This document shows, piece by piece, positions 39,677 to 50,606 of a DNA stretch of 64,000 bases. Position 1 is the first letter of the stretch, and the number at the start of each line of letters is the position of its first letter. Both the position numbers and the translations under genes were made by a program. The notes under the pieces are model-generated. The model saw only the letters and a list, made by a program, of their open reading frames with translations, ran no database searches and was not told the origin of the DNA. The DNA comes from Actinomycetota bacterium (GTDB lineage Bacteria; Actinomycetota; Actinomycetes; S36-B12). The stretch is taken from contig VGBL01000002.1 in the NCBI GenBank assembly GCA_016870515.1, positions 65,343-129,342 of the forward strand, written 5' to 3'.

Positions 39677-41191
39677 TCAAGCGCCCCTCAGGGATTCCAG
39701 GAGGTCGGCCGCGCAGGGCGCTGCGTCGAGCAGGTGTCCCACGTGGTCGCGGGTTCCGCGCACTGGCTCAAGCGTGGGCACGCGCTGCAGTGCATCGTGG
39801 CCCGGAATGTCGAAGATGACGGAGTCCCAAGACGCGGCCGCGACTGCGTCGCCGTAACGGCGCAGGCACTCTCCGCGGAAGTACGCGCGGGTATCGACCG
39901 GTGGTCGCTCGGTCGCGTGAGCGACCTCCTCCGGAGTCGTGAGGCGTTGCAGGCGACCGCTGGCCTCAAGTCGCAGGGCCAGCCCTCGGTCGGGCCGGAT
40001 ATCGGAGTACTGCAGGTCGATGAGCTGCAGGCGCGCCGCTTCCCAATCGAGCCCGTCCCGCCGGCGATAGCCCTCGAGCAGTCCGAGTTTGGCGACCCAG
40101 TCCACGCGGTCGGCGGCGGTGCGCGGATCCCGCTCGAGGTCATCGAGCACAGTCCCCCATCGGTCGAGCACATCGGCGGTCTGCTCATCGATCTTTACGA
40201 CGGCCTGACGTCGTGCGAGTTTTTCGGCCCGGGCGAGGTAGATCCGCTGGATGTCGATCGCCGTCATGCGACGTCCATCACGAAGGGTCAGTAGGTGTGT
40301 CAGAGATGGGTCGTGCGAGACAGCATGGATTTCGCGGACGGGATCGGCTAGGACGACGTCCTCGTCCAGCGCCGCCTCTTCGATGAGCGACAGGACGAGC
40401 GCCGTGGACCCCATCTTCAGGTAGGTCGCCGCCTCAGCGAGATTGGCGTCGCCGACGATGACGTGGAGTCGGCGATAGCGCTCGGGGTCGGCATGCGGCT
40501 CGTCCCTCGTATTGATGATCGGCCGCTTGAGGGTCGTCTCGAGGCCGACCTCGACTTCGAAGAAATCGGCACGCTGCGAGAGTTGGAATCCCGCCCCCCG
40601 ACCGTCCTGCCCGATGCCCACACGACCGGCCCCGGTGAATACCTGCCGGGTCACGAAGAAGGGTGTCAGGTCGCGAACGATGTCGGAAAAGGACGTCGCG
40701 CGCCGCATGAGGTAGTTCTCGTGACAACCGTAGGACGCGCCCTTGTTGTCGGTGTTGTTCTTGTACAGCTGGATGGTGAACGGACCCTCACGCGTTGCCG
40801 CCGCGGCCGCCTCAACCATGATCTCCTGACCGGCGCGATCCCACAGGACCGCATCTCGAGGGTTGGTGACCTCAGGCGTGGAGTACTCCGGGTGCGCATG
40901 GTCGACGTACAGACGGGCGCCGTTGGTGAGGATGAGATTGGCCAGCCCGAGCTCCTCGTCGGTGAGCTGGGAGGGATCGGCCTCCGCGCGGCTCATGTCG
41001 AAGCCACGGGCATCGCGCAGTGGGCTCTCCTCGTCGAAGTCCCAGCGCGTGCGATTCCTGCGGTCGCCCACGGCAATGCCGCTGTAGGACGTCACGACGG
41101 CCGACGAGGTGGCCATGGCATTGACATGCGGGTGGCCGGGGACGGATATGCCGAACTCAGTCTCGATTCCCATGACCCGATGGACGCTCAC
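39677..41191 (-). CDS. dop: depupylase/deamidase Dop
   Basis: [45 protein letters not shown] and AASWDS. Confidence 0.98.
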   Translation of the reverse strand: MSVHRVMGIETEFGISVPGHPHVNAMATSSAVVTSYSGIAVGDRRNRTRWDFDEESPLRDARGFDMSRAEADPSQLTDEELGLANLILTNGARLYVDHAHPEYSTPEVTNPRDAVLWDRAGQEIMVEAAAAATREGPFTIQLYKNNTDNKGASYGCHENYLMRRATSFSDIVRDLTPFFVTRQVFTGAGRVGIGQDGRGAGFQLSQRADFFEVEVGLETTLKRPIINTRDEPHADPERYRRLHVIVGDANLAEAATYLKMGSTALVLSLIEEAALDEDVVLADPVREIHAVSHDPSLTHLLTLRDGRRMTAIDIQRIYLARAEKLARRQAVVKIDEQTADVLDRWGTVLDDLERDPRTAADRVDWVAKLGLLEGYRRRDGLDWEAARLQLIDLQYSDIRPDRGLALRLEASGRLQRLTTPEEVAHATERPPVDTRAYFRGECLRRYGDAVAAASWDSVIFDIPGHDALQRVPTLEPVRGTRDHVGHLLDAAPCAADLLESLRGA

Positions 41192-41204
41192 CGCGCGCCC
41201 GTCG

Positions 41205-42905
41205 TCAGAGGTACTGGCCGGTATGCGAGACCGTGTCGATCACACGGCCAGCCTCGGTGCCCTGTTTGCCCTGGATCAGAGTCCGAATGAAGACGATGCG
41301 TTCGCCCTTCTTGCCGGAGATGCGCGCCCAGTCATCGGGGTTGGTCGTGTTGGGCAGATCCTCGTTCTCGCGGAACTCGTCGATGCACGCGTTGAGAAGG
41401 TGCTGCACGCGAATGCCCTTCTGCCCTGTGTCGAGGAAGTCCTTGATCGCGGACTTCTTCGCCCGGGCAACGATGTTTTCGAGCATCGCCCCAGAGTTGA
41501 AGTCCTTGAAGTAGAGGATCTCCTTGTCGCCATTGGCATAGGTCACCTCGAGGAATCTGTTGTCGTCAACCTCGGTGTACATGCGTTCCACGGCCCGCTG
41601 GATCATGTTGGCGCAGGTCGACTCCGGCGATCCACCGTTTTCGGCTACGTCATCTGCATGCAGGGGTAGATCGGGTGTCAGGTATTTGCTCAGGATGTCG
41701 CGAGCCGACTCAGCGTCGGGTCGCTCGATTTTGATCTTCACATCGAGGCGGCCCGGACGAAGGATCGCGGGATCGATCATATCCTCGCGGTTGGAGGCGC
41801 CGATAACGATCACATTTTCGAGACCTTCGACGCCGTCGATCTCGCTCAGGAGCTGCGGGACGATGGTGTTTTCGACATCGCTGGACACCCCGGATCCGCG
41901 CGTGCGGAACAGCGAGTCCATCTCGTCGAAGAACACGATGACGGGCATACCCTCTGAGGCCTTCTCGCGCGCACGTTGGAAGACGAGCCGGATGTGGCGC
42001 TCGGTCTCGCCGACGTACTTGTTGAGGAGCTCGGGCCCCTTGATGTTGAGGAAGAACGACCGGCCCTGCTCCTGGCCGGTGCGTTCGGCGACCTTCTTCG
42101 CGAGGGAGTTGGCGACGGCCTTGGCGATGAGCGTCTTGCCGCAGCCGGGCGGGCCGTAGAGCAGGATGCCCTTGGGCGGGGCGAGGCGATGCTCCTGGTA
42201 GAGGTCCGGGTGCAGGTAGGGCAGTTCGACGGCGTCGCGAATGGCCTCGATCTGTCGACTGAGGCCCCCGATGGCGGAGTAGTCGACGTCGGGGACCTCC
42301 TCGAGGACAAGTTCCTCGACCTCTGCCTTCGGGATGACCTCGAAGACGTATCCCGATCGGGGCTCCATGAGCAGCGCGTCTCCCGCGCGCAGGACGCGGT
42401 CGCGGAGCGGTTCGGCCAGTCCGACGACGCGCTCCTCGTCAGCGCGCCCGATGACCAGGGCCCGGTCGCCATCGGCCAGGAGTTCCTTGAGCGTGACGAT
42501 CTCACCGATGCGTTCGAACTCGCGAACGCCAACGACATTGAGGGCCTCGTTGAGCATGACCTCTTGCCCGGGGCGCAGCAGCGCCGAGTCGACATCAGGA
42601 CTCGCGATCACCCGCATCTTTCGCCCGGCTACCGCGACATCGAGCGACCCGTCATCGAGACGGCCGAGGAACACGCCGTAGCTGCCTGGCGGCTCGGCCA
42701 GGCGATCGACCTCGGCCTTGAGGGCGACGATCTGCTCGCGCGCATCGCGCAGCGTGGCCACGAGGCGGCCGTTGTGAGCCTGGGCGGCGGCGAGCTCGGA
42801 CTCCAGGACCCGCAGCCTTTCCTCGCTCCGGCCGCCACCGGCGAGGCCACCCCTCTCGGGCTGGCCCTGCTCACCGCGGTCCTCCGACTGGCCGGTCATC
42901 ACCAC
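41205..42905 (-). CDS. arc: proteasome ATPase ARC/Mpa
   Basis: N-terminal coiled coil, [20 protein letters not shown] and C-terminal GQYL. Confidence 0.98.
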   Translation of the reverse strand: MVMTGQSEDRGEQGQPERGGLAGGGRSEERLRVLESELAAAQAHNGRLVATLRDAREQIVALKAEVDRLAEPPGSYGVFLGRLDDGSLDVAVAGRKMRVIASPDVDSALLRPGQEVMLNEALNVVGVREFERIGEIVTLKELLADGDRALVIGRADEERVVGLAEPLRDRVLRAGDALLMEPRSGYVFEVIPKAEVEELVLEEVPDVDYSAIGGLSRQIEAIRDAVELPYLHPDLYQEHRLAPPKGILLYGPPGCGKTLIAKAVANSLAKKVAERTGQEQGRSFFLNIKGPELLNKYVGETERHIRLVFQRAREKASEGMPVIVFFDEMDSLFRTRGSGVSSDVENTIVPQLLSEIDGVEGLENVIVIGASNREDMIDPAILRPGRLDVKIKIERPDAESARDILSKYLTPDLPLHADDVAENGGSPESTCANMIQRAVERMYTEVDDNRFLEVTYANGDKEILYFKDFNSGAMLENIVARAKKSAIKDFLDTGQKGIRVQHLLNACIDEFRENEDLPNTTNPDDWARISGKKGERIVFIRTLIQGKQGTEAGRVIDTVSHTGQYL

Positions 42906-42946
42906 CTCCTACCTCCGACCATACCCAGGGATGGCCCTGCCCGCCG

Positions 42947-43828
42947 CTACTGAGACTTCGGCGGAGCGGCGTAGCCGTCCCCGTCGGGTCGAGCACCCTT
43001 GGCCGGCCGGGTCCGGCGCGGGGGAAGCGCGGTGCCGGGAGCCAGTCGACGCGCGACGAGTAGGAACGCCGTATGCCCGATCATCCGGTGGTCGGGCCGC
43101 ACCGCGAGTCCCTCCAAGTGCCAGGTGCGCACGAGGGATTCCTCCGCGTGAGGCTCGGTCCAGTTGGCGGAGTCCCGCAGCGCTTCGGCGGTGCGCGAGA
43201 GTTGTGTCGTCGTCGCGACGTAGCAGACAAGCACCCCGCCCGGTCGAACAAGTCGCGCTGCCGTCGCAAGGTGCTCCCAGGGGTCCAGGAGATCCAGCAC
43301 CATCGCGTCGAAGCCCCCGAGGCCACCGGACACCTCGTCCACGTCGCCCTCGAGCAACTCCCACCAGCTCGGCATCGCATGGAACCAGCGCTCGACGTTG
43401 GCGCGGGCGACGGCTGCGAAATCCGGCCGGCGCTCGCACGACACCACCCGGCCGGAGGGTCCTACCGCCGTCAGGAGCGAGCAGCTGAGGGCTCCCGAAC
43501 CGGCGCCGGCCTCGATGACACTGGCACCGGGGCGCAGTCCTGCCGCCATGACGATGCGGGCCGACTCCTTGGGGTAGATCACCGCTGCACCGCGGGGCAT
43601 GGCAAGGACGTAGTCCTCGAGCAAAGACCGGAGCACGACGTACGCCGTGCCGCCGGTCGACGACAGCACGATGCCCTCGGGACGTCCGATGATGTCGTCG
43701 TGAGCGAGGGCGCCCCTGTGGGTGTGGAATGAGCGACCGGCCTCCAAGGTCAGCGTGTGGTGACGCCCCTTGGGATCGGTCAGCTGGACGATGTCGCCAT
43801 GGCGCAGGATGGCCGGGTCGTCGCTCAT
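42947..43828 (-). CDS. trmI: tRNA (adenine58-N1)-methyltransferase
   Basis: MPRGAAVIYPK, EAGAGSG.L, LD...PW and VRP.HRM..HT.F. Confidence 0.95.
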   Translation of the reverse strand: MSDDPAILRHGDIVQLTDPKGRHHTLTLEAGRSFHTHRGALAHDDIIGRPEGIVLSSTGGTAYVVLRSLLEDYVLAMPRGAAVIYPKESARIVMAAGLRPGASVIEAGAGSGALSCSLLTAVGPSGRVVSCERRPDFAAVARANVERWFHAMPSWWELLEGDVDEVSGGLGGFDAMVLDLLDPWEHLATAARLVRPGGVLVCYVATTTQLSRTAEALRDSANWTEPHAEESLVRTWHLEGLAVRPDHRMIGHTAFLLVARRLAPGTALPPRRTRPAKGARPDGDGYAAPPKSQ

Positions 43829-43905
43829 CCACTGAGGCTATCGACAGTCAACCCGGCCGTGCCCGAGAGGCGTGGCAACCTCGACCGTGGTCTACCGTCG
43901 ATCCC

Positions 43906-44661
43906 ATGAGCGACGAGGGGGCCTCGCCAGCCGCGCGGTGTCGGGCACTCACGAAGATCTACGGCGAAGGCGATACTCGGGTCGTCGCACTCGATGCGGT
44001 CGATATCGACGTCGCGCCAGGCACCTTCACCGCCATCATGGGCCCCTCTGGCTCAGGCAAGTCGACGCTGATGCACTGCCTGGCCGGCCTCGACACGGCG
44101 ACGTCGGGTGATGTCTACATCGGGGATGTCCGGATCACAGGACTTTCGGACCGGGCACTGACACGCGTGCGCCGCGACTCCGTCGGCTTCGTCTTCCAGT
44201 CCTTCAACCTCGTCCCGACCCTCACCGCCATGGAGAACATCACCCTCCCCCTCGACATAGCCGGCGCCCCCGTCGACGAGGCATGGCTCACGACGGTCAT
44301 CGACGCCGTCGGCCTGGCGGACCGCCTCGACCATCGACCCAGCGAGCTTTCCGGAGGCCAGCAGCAGCGAGTCGCCTGCGCCCGCGCTCTGGCGAGCAAG
44401 CCCGCGATCGTCTTCGCCGACGAGCCGACGGGCAACCTCGATTCGCAGTCGGGTGCGGAGGTCCTGTCGCTGCTGCGCCGAAGCGTCGACGAGTTCGATC
44501 AGACGATCGTGATGGTCACGCACGATGCTGCCGCTGCCTCGCACGCTGATCAAGTCGTTTTCCTCGCCGATGGCCGCGTCGTCGGATCGCTTCATGACCC
44601 GACCGCCGAGGTGATCCTCGCCAGGATCGGCGGACTCAGCAGCCCACAGGACTCTCACTGA
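43906..44661 (+). CDS. ABC transporter ATP-binding protein (LolD/MacB type)
   Basis: GPSGSGKS, FVFQSFNL, LSGGQQQR and ADEPTGNLD. ATG 43906 follows a TACCGT -10. Confidence 0.94.
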   Translation: MSDEGASPAARCRALTKIYGEGDTRVVALDAVDIDVAPGTFTAIMGPSGSGKSTLMHCLAGLDTATSGDVYIGDVRITGLSDRALTRVRRDSVGFVFQSFNLVPTLTAMENITLPLDIAGAPVDEAWLTTVIDAVGLADRLDHRPSELSGGQQQRVACARALASKPAIVFADEPTGNLDSQSGAEVLSLLRRSVDEFDQTIVMVTHDAAAASHADQVVFLADGRVVGSLHDPTAEVILARIGGLSSPQDSH

Positions 44662-44662
44662 G

Positions 44663-47182
44663 ATGTTTCGCGTAGCCGTACGCAGCCTCCTGGCCCATCG
44701 CCTTCGTTTCACCCTCACCGTGCTCACGGTTGCGCTAGGGGTCGCATTCATCGCGGGCACCAACATCTTCACGGGCTCGCTGCGCGGGGCGTTCGACGCG
44801 CTGGTGTCACAACCCCGGGCCGACGTCACGGTCCGCGCCGGCGCGTCCGACGGCGGCGCCCTACAGGCCACCTTCCCCGCCAACCTCGTCAACGAGATAG
44901 CGGCCCTGCCGGCAGCGGCAAGCGCCGTGGGACTAGTTGGTGCGGACGGGGCCTACGTGCTCGGACCCGATGGCAAGCCCGTCGGCGTCGAAGGGCCGCC
45001 CGCTCGCGGTCGCTCATGGGTCGACGACCCCGCCATCTCGGCGGTGACGATCGTCAGCGGTCGGCCCCCGGCCGGCCCCGCTGAGGTCGCGCTCCTGCAG
45101 TCGACCGCCGAGACCGCGGCCGTCAACGTGGGCTCGCGCATACGCATCGACACCCCGGCTGCCGGGGTCCGGGAATTCACCGTCAGCGGGCTGGTCACGC
45201 GTGGTCTCTCGGGCGGTCTCGGCGGCACCCTCACCGTCTTCGACCTGGCAACCGCGCAGCAGGTGCTCACCGAGCCGGGCACAGTGACGGCGATCCTGGT
45301 GACCGCGCGATCCGGGGTCTCCCAGCAGGAGCTTGCCGACGAGGTGGCGGCGCTCGCTCCCGAAGCGTCGCGTGTCGAGACAGCCGACCAGTCGCGCGAT
45401 GAGGTGGTCCAGCGCATCCAAGAGGGCTTCGCCTTCTTCAACACCTTTCTCCTCGCCTTCGGAGTCATCGCGCTCTTCGTGTCGACGTTCCTCATCTTCA
45501 ATACGTTTTCGATGCTCGTGGCCCAGCGCTCACGCGAACTGGCCCTGCTGCGTGCCGTGGGTGCCTCCCGGGCGCAGGTGTCCTTCGCGGTGCTTCTCGA
45601 GGCTGTCATCGTCGGCGTCCTGGCCGCCGTGATCGGGCTGCTCGGCGGCCTCGCCGTCTCCCAATTGCTCCGCTGGGTCATCGCAGCGCTGGGTGCCGAC
45701 CTTCCCGGCGCCCCTCTGCGACTCGAGCCCAGCACGATCGCCCTGGCGCTGGGCGCGAGCCTGGTCGTGACCGTGGCCTCGGCTCTCCTGCCCGCGCGCC
45801 GCGCCTCTGCCATCCCGCCTGTCGCCGCGATGCGCGAGGGTGCAGCCCCGTCGCCCAGGTCGCTTCGACGAGTCACGATCACCGGAGCCTGCCTGCTCAT
45901 TGCGGCCACCATTCCCGCCGTGCTCGCTCTTCGGCTCGCCGAATCCGACGGCGAGCGCGCGGCCCAGTTGACGGGGGTTGCCGCCGTACTCGCCCTCGTT
46001 GGCGTCCTGGCCCTGACTCCTGCGCTGGCACGACCCGTGCTCGGGCTCCTTGGCTCGGCGATGCGCGGTCGAATCGTGGGTCGCATGGCCTCGGCCAATG
46101 CGGTCCGCAATCCCCGACGCACCGCGGCGACCGCCAGTGCCCTCACCGTCGGTCTCGCGCTCATGACGGCGGTGTCCGTCCTGGGCTCCTCGGCCCGTGC
46201 CTCTGTAGAGGACGTCGTCGACACGACCATCGGGGCGGACTTCATCCTGCTCGGACCGGGGTTCCGGCCCTTCACCACCGACGTCTTCCAATCGGTGAAA
46301 GACCTCCCCGGAGCCTCGGTGGTGACCTACGTGCGCACGATCCCTGTCAGCATCGATGACGCGCAATCGCCGGTCACGGGGGTGGATCCACGCGTGGTTA
46401 CCGAGGTGCTCGACATCCCGATGGCCACCGGCTCAGTCCAGGACCTGGCCCTCGGGGCCGCCATCGTCGACACCGAACTGGCGCGAACCCTCAGGGTGGC
46501 AGAGGGCGACAGCGTAAGCGGCACGTTCGTCAACGGCGAGGGGTCATTGCGAATAATCGGCACATTCGAGCCCGCAGGCCCCGTGCGCGGATTCATCACG
46601 ACGCTGCCCACCGTGGATGCTATAGGAACGCTGACCCGGGACACAGCGATCTACATCGCACTGCAGCCCGGCGTCTCACCCGCGACCGTGCGTCAAGACC
46701 TCGCCTCTCGGCTCGCGGCCTACCCGTCGATCGACATCCAGGACCAGGCTGACATCAAGCGTGACATCAATGGCCAATTCGACGTTCTCTTCGGCCTTGT
46801 TTATGCCCTGCTCGGGCTCTCGGTCATCGTGGCCTTCCTGGGAATCGTCAACACGCTCTCGCTAAGCGTTGTCGAACGCACGCGCGAGGTCGGCCTCGTC
46901 CGCGCAGTCGGGATGTCGCGGGCCCAGGTGCGCCGCATGGTGACGCTGGAGGCCCTGCTCCTCGCGGCTCTCGGCACGCTGCTCGGCCTCGCCCTCGGGA
47001 TCGCTTTCGGCATGCTCCTCCAGCGCGTCCTGGCTCCCCAGGGGATCTCAGTGCTCGCGATCCCGGCAACGCAACTGGCCGTGTTCGCCGCTCTCGCCCT
47101 CGTCGGGGGTCTGGCCGCCGCGCTGTGGCCCGCGTGGCGGGCAGGGCGCATGCCCGTTCTCACGGCCATCGCACAGATGTAG
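44663..47182 (+). CDS. FtsX/MacB-like ABC permease (duplicated architecture)
   Basis: IFNTF.M.VAQR.RELALLRAVGA, RNPRRTAATA and NTL.LSV.ERTRE.G..RAVG. Confidence 0.93.
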   Translation: MFRVAVRSLLAHRLRFTLTVLTVALGVAFIAGTNIFTGSLRGAFDALVSQPRADVTVRAGASDGGALQATFPANLVNEIAALPAAASAVGLVGADGAYVLGPDGKPVGVEGPPARGRSWVDDPAISAVTIVSGRPPAGPAEVALLQSTAETAAVNVGSRIRIDTPAAGVREFTVSGLVTRGLSGGLGGTLTVFDLATAQQVLTEPGTVTAILVTARSGVSQQELADEVAALAPEASRVETADQSRDEVVQRIQEGFAFFNTFLLAFGVIALFVSTFLIFNTFSMLVAQRSRELALLRAVGASRAQVSFAVLLEAVIVGVLAAVIGLLGGLAVSQLLRWVIAALGADLPGAPLRLEPSTIALALGASLVVTVASALLPARRASAIPPVAAMREGAAPSPRSLRRVTITGACLLIAATIPAVLALRLAESDGERAAQLTGVAAVLALVGVLALTPALARPVLGLLGSAMRGRIVGRMASANAVRNPRRTAATASALTVGLALMTAVSVLGSSARASVEDVVDTTIGADFILLGPGFRPFTTDVFQSVKDLPGASVVTYVRTIPVSIDDAQSPVTGVDPRVVTEVLDIPMATGSVQDLALGAAIVDTELARTLRVAEGDSVSGTFVNGEGSLRIIGTFEPAGPVRGFITTLPTVDAIGTLTRDTAIYIALQPGVSPATVRQDLASRLAAYPSIDIQDQADIKRDINGQFDVLFGLVYALLGLSVIVAFLGIVNTLSLSVVERTREVGLVRAVGMSRAQVRRMVTLEALLLAALGTLLGLALGIAFGMLLQRVLAPQGISVLAIPATQLAVFAALALVGGLAAALWPAWRAGRMPVLTAIAQM

Positions 47183-47195
47183 CCAGGGTCGTGGG

Positions 47196-47870
47196 TCAGC
47201 TGTCCCGCCACTGACGCAGGTGACCCACCGTGACACCGTCAAGGGTGTCGATGACGCGTCGTCGAGGCGCGGTGTCGATGTGAACGAGGTGCGGAATCGC
47301 CACCACGAATGCGCCACTGCCCTGACCCGATGCAACTCCCGTGGGCGAGTCCTCAAGGACGACACATTGCTCGATAGGCACGCCTAAGCTGCGTGCCGCG
47401 GCGACGTAGGGCTCGGGATGAGGCTTGCCATTGTCGACCTCGTCGCCTGCCACCGTGACGCGAAACGCATGGCCATCGTCTGCGTAAACGTCGCGAGCTA
47501 TCGCGTCGGTGACCGCATCGAGTAGGCGGCGATGGGATGCCGACACCAGGGCCGTGGGAATCCCTTGCGCCCGGCACTCGGCCAGCAGTTCCCGGGCACC
47601 CGGGCGCCACTCGAGCGGCTCTCGGCGAAGCAGGCTTTCCATCGACTCCAGGAGCTCCACGCCGATGTCCTCGGGAGGGCGTGTCGAGCCGGTGCGCTCG
47701 ACCATGTAGGCCGACACGCGCTCCAGGGGACCACCGAGGCAGTGGGCCTGGTCCTGCGGTGTCCATGTGCCACCGAGTCCGTCAACGACCCGCAATTCGG
47801 CCCTGAACCACAGGCCCTCGGAGTCGATAAGCGTGCCGTCGAGGTCGAAGAGGACGGCGAGATCAAGCAT
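47196..47870 (-). CDS. HAD-superfamily phosphatase (IA variant)
   Basis: FDLDGTLIDSE, KPHPEPY and EDSPTG. Confidence 0.93.
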   Translation of the reverse strand: MLDLAVLFDLDGTLIDSEGLWFRAELRVVDGLGGTWTPQDQAHCLGGPLERVSAYMVERTGSTRPPEDIGVELLESMESLLRREPLEWRPGARELLAECRAQGIPTALVSASHRRLLDAVTDAIARDVYADDGHAFRVTVAGDEVDNGKPHPEPYVAAARSLGVPIEQCVVLEDSPTGVASGQGSGAFVVAIPHLVHIDTAPRRRVIDTLDGVTVGHLRQWRDS

Positions 47871-47933
47871 GGCCCTGTCAGTTTACGCGCATGACTACCG
47901 TAGAGTGCCAGGCGTCCGAGCAAGGGAGCGCGC

Positions 47934-48785
47934 ATGATCGAGTTCGAGGCCCTGCCCGAACTCGAGGACCCCGTTCTCGTTGCCGCCTTCGAGGGCTGGA
48001 ATGACGCGGGTGACGCGGCAAGCGATGCGATCGACCATCTTCGCGAAGTCTGGGGCGCGCAGCCGCTCGCCGAGATGGACCCCGAGGACTACTACGACTA
48101 CCAGGTCAACCGCCCGACCATCGCCTTCGACGACACCGGCGTGCGCCGCCTGACCTGGCCGACGACCAGACTCTACGTCGCACGGCTTCCACTTGCCACG
48201 CGCGACGTCGTCCTCGTGCACGGCATCGAGCCCAACATGCGATGGCGGCAATTCACCGACGAGCTCCTAGGCCTGTGCGCAGAGCTCGGCGTGAGCATGG
48301 CCGTGACCATGGGAGCCCTGCTCTCGGACAGTCCTCACACGCGACCGGTCCCGGTCACCGGAACCGCCACCGACGCGGGCACGGCCCGGCGGCTCGGGGT
48401 CGAGCCCGCGCACTACGAGGGGCCGACCGGCATCGTGGGCGTCCTGCAGGAGGCGTGCTCCCGGCGTGGGCTGCCGTCGGTAGCCCTCTGGGCCGCCGTA
48501 CCCCACTATGTCGCCCAGTCACCCTCCCCCAAGGCGACCCTTGCGCTGGTCAGGCGCGTCGAGGATCTTCTCGACGTGCCCGTGCCCCTCGGGGAGCTCG
48601 TGGAGGACGCTCGCGCCTGGGAGATCGGTGTCGACGAACTCGCCGCCGAGGACGAAGAGGTCGCCGACTACGTCCGCCAGCTCGAGGAAGCGCGCGACAC
48701 CACCGATCTGCCGGAGGCTAGCGGCGACGCGATCGCCCGCGAGTTCGAGCGCTACCTCCGCCGCCGCGGTGCCGACGAGGGCTGA
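47934..48785 (+). CDS. PAC2 family (proteasome assembly chaperone-like) protein
   Basis: AAFEGWNDAG, YYDYQVNRP, G.EP..RW, PHTRP, YEGPTGI and WAAVPHY. Confidence 0.93.
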   Translation: MIEFEALPELEDPVLVAAFEGWNDAGDAASDAIDHLREVWGAQPLAEMDPEDYYDYQVNRPTIAFDDTGVRRLTWPTTRLYVARLPLATRDVVLVHGIEPNMRWRQFTDELLGLCAELGVSMAVTMGALLSDSPHTRPVPVTGTATDAGTARRLGVEPAHYEGPTGIVGVLQEACSRRGLPSVALWAAVPHYVAQSPSPKATLALVRRVEDLLDVPVPLGELVEDARAWEIGVDELAAEDEEVADYVRQLEEARDTTDLPEASGDAIAREFERYLRRRGADEG

Positions 48786-48796
48786 TTCACGCCTCA

Positions 48797-48866
48797 CCCT
48801 CGGCGACTGTGCAGCTGTGCCCCGCCCCAATGGGGGCGAGGGTGCACCCCGTGCACACTCGCGGGG
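48797..48866. terminator. nested imperfect inverted repeat between convergent PAC2 and pgi (bidirectional terminator or REP-like element)
   Basis: Outer arms GGCGACTGTGCAG and GTGCACACTCGCG (10/13 complementary), with an inner CGCCCC-AAT-GGGGGCG hairpin. Confidence 0.5.
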
Positions 48867-48872
48867 TTGCGG

Positions 48873-50510
48873 TCACGCGCGGGCGTGGAGTGCCTGGTAG
48901 GCGCGGATGAGCTCGTTGGTCGATGAATCCCTGGTCAGCGGCCGATCAGCATCCTGGAGATCCGGCAGAATCGAGTTGGCCATGGCCTTGCCGAGCTCGA
49001 CTCCCCACTGGTCGAACGAGTCGATGCCCCACACCGCCCCCTGCACGAAGACGCTGTGCTCGTAGAGGGCGATCAGGGCACCGAGAGCGTGGGGCTCCAG
49101 TCGCGCGGCCAGGATGAACGTCGAGGGCCGGTTGCCCGGCATCACCTTGTGCGGTACGAGGTCGGCGGGTACCCCCTGCGCGCGAATCTCGTCGGCCGTG
49201 CACCCGAACGCCAGAACCGCTGCCTGCGCCAGTGCATTGGCGGCGAGCATGTCCTGCATGTCGAACACCGGCTCAAGGGCCTGGGCAAACAGGATGAAGT
49301 CGCACGCGACGATCTTGGTGCCCTGGTGCAGCAGCTGGTAGAAGGAGTGCTGGCCGTTGGTGCCGGGCTCCCCCCAGAAGATCGCTCCCGTGTCGTAGTC
49401 GACATGAGCGCCGTCCAGCCTCACCGACTTGCCATTGCTCTCCATGGTCAGCTGCTGGAGATACGCCGGGAATCGCGACAGGAACTGCGCGTAAGGCAGC
49501 ACGGCATTGGTGTGTATGTCCAGGAAGTTCCTGTTCCACACGGAGATCAGGCCCATGCGAAGGGGCACGTTGACCGCTGGCTCGGCCCGTCGGAAGTGCT
49601 CGTCCATCGCATGGAAGCCCGCGAGCATCTCGCGGAAGCGATCGGGGCCAATGGCGATCATCGTGCTGAGCCCGATCGCCGAATCCATGGAGTACCGGCC
49701 ACCCACCCAGTCCCAGAAACCGAAGATGTTGGCGGTGTCGATGCCGAAGGCGGTCACGCGCTCCTCGTTGGTCGAAACCGCCACGAAGTGCTTCTCGACG
49801 GCGCCTTCGCCCAGTGAATCCACGACCCACTTTCGCGCGGCCCTGGCGTTGGTCAGCGTCTCCTGGGTGCCGAAGGTCTTGGACGCCACGATGAAGAGCG
49901 TCTCCGCGGGATCCAGGTCGCGAATCGCCTCGGTGATGTCGGTGGGATCGACATTGGAGACGAAGCGGAAGGTCATGGCGCGGTCCGAGTAAAAGCGCAG
50001 CGCCAGGTAGGCCATCGCCGGTCCGAGGTCGGAACCGCCGATCCCAATGTTGATCACGTTGCGAATGCGCCTGCCCGAGGCACCGGTCCATTCACCGTCT
50101 CGCACTCGAAGAGAGAAGGAGGCCATTCGCTTGAGCACCTCGTTGACCTGTGCGACGAGATCATCACCGTCCACCTGAAGGCTGGCATCGCTGGGCAGTC
50201 GCAGTGCCGTATGCAGGACCGCGCGGTCCTCCGTGACGTTGATGCGCTGGCCGGCAAACATGTCATCGCGCCGCTCGATGACCCCACATTGGTCAGCCAG
50301 CGCGAGCAGAGCGTCCATCACCGCACTGGTCACTCGCTGCTTGCTGAAGTCGGCACGCAGACCGGCAGCCTCGAGCGTCCACTCGGGTCCCCTGCCTGGC
50401 TCGGCGGCGAAGATGTCGCGCAGGTGCCTTTCGCGCATGCCGGGCGCAAGGGTGGCGAGCTGCTGCCATGCCGCGGTCGATGTGGGGTCGATGCATTCCC
50501 GGATATTCAT
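48873..50510 (-). CDS. pgi: glucose-6-phosphate isomerase
   Basis: [43 protein letters not shown] and [10 protein letters not shown]. Confidence 0.98.
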   Translation of the reverse strand: MNIRECIDPTSTAAWQQLATLAPGMRERHLRDIFAAEPGRGPEWTLEAAGLRADFSKQRVTSAVMDALLALADQCGVIERRDDMFAGQRINVTEDRAVLHTALRLPSDASLQVDGDDLVAQVNEVLKRMASFSLRVRDGEWTGASGRRIRNVINIGIGGSDLGPAMAYLALRFYSDRAMTFRFVSNVDPTDITEAIRDLDPAETLFIVASKTFGTQETLTNARAARKWVVDSLGEGAVEKHFVAVSTNEERVTAFGIDTANIFGFWDWVGGRYSMDSAIGLSTMIAIGPDRFREMLAGFHAMDEHFRRAEPAVNVPLRMGLISVWNRNFLDIHTNAVLPYAQFLSRFPAYLQQLTMESNGKSVRLDGAHVDYDTGAIFWGEPGTNGQHSFYQLLHQGTKIVACDFILFAQALEPVFDMQDMLAANALAQAAVLAFGCTADEIRAQGVPADLVPHKVMPGNRPSTFILAARLEPHALGALIALYEHSVFVQGAVWGIDSFDQWGVELGKAMANSILPDLQDADRPLTRDSSTNELIRAYQALHARA

Positions 50511-50606
50511 CCCGGAAGCCTTGCACTAGCGTGGTGCTGGCGCATAGCCGATGGCCCAAAGGTTTCCTTCTGATTGCCAAACGTCCACCCGAAAGGGGCT
50601 CGACCC

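Noticed and set aside
44953-46278. 441-aa antisense ORF, and similar ones such as 30922-32256, 41976-42953, 37228-38238 and 16161-17207
   Set aside because: Shadow ORFs on or opposite well-supported genes, with Arg/Ala/Pro/Ser-rich composition and no motifs. These are expected at high GC.
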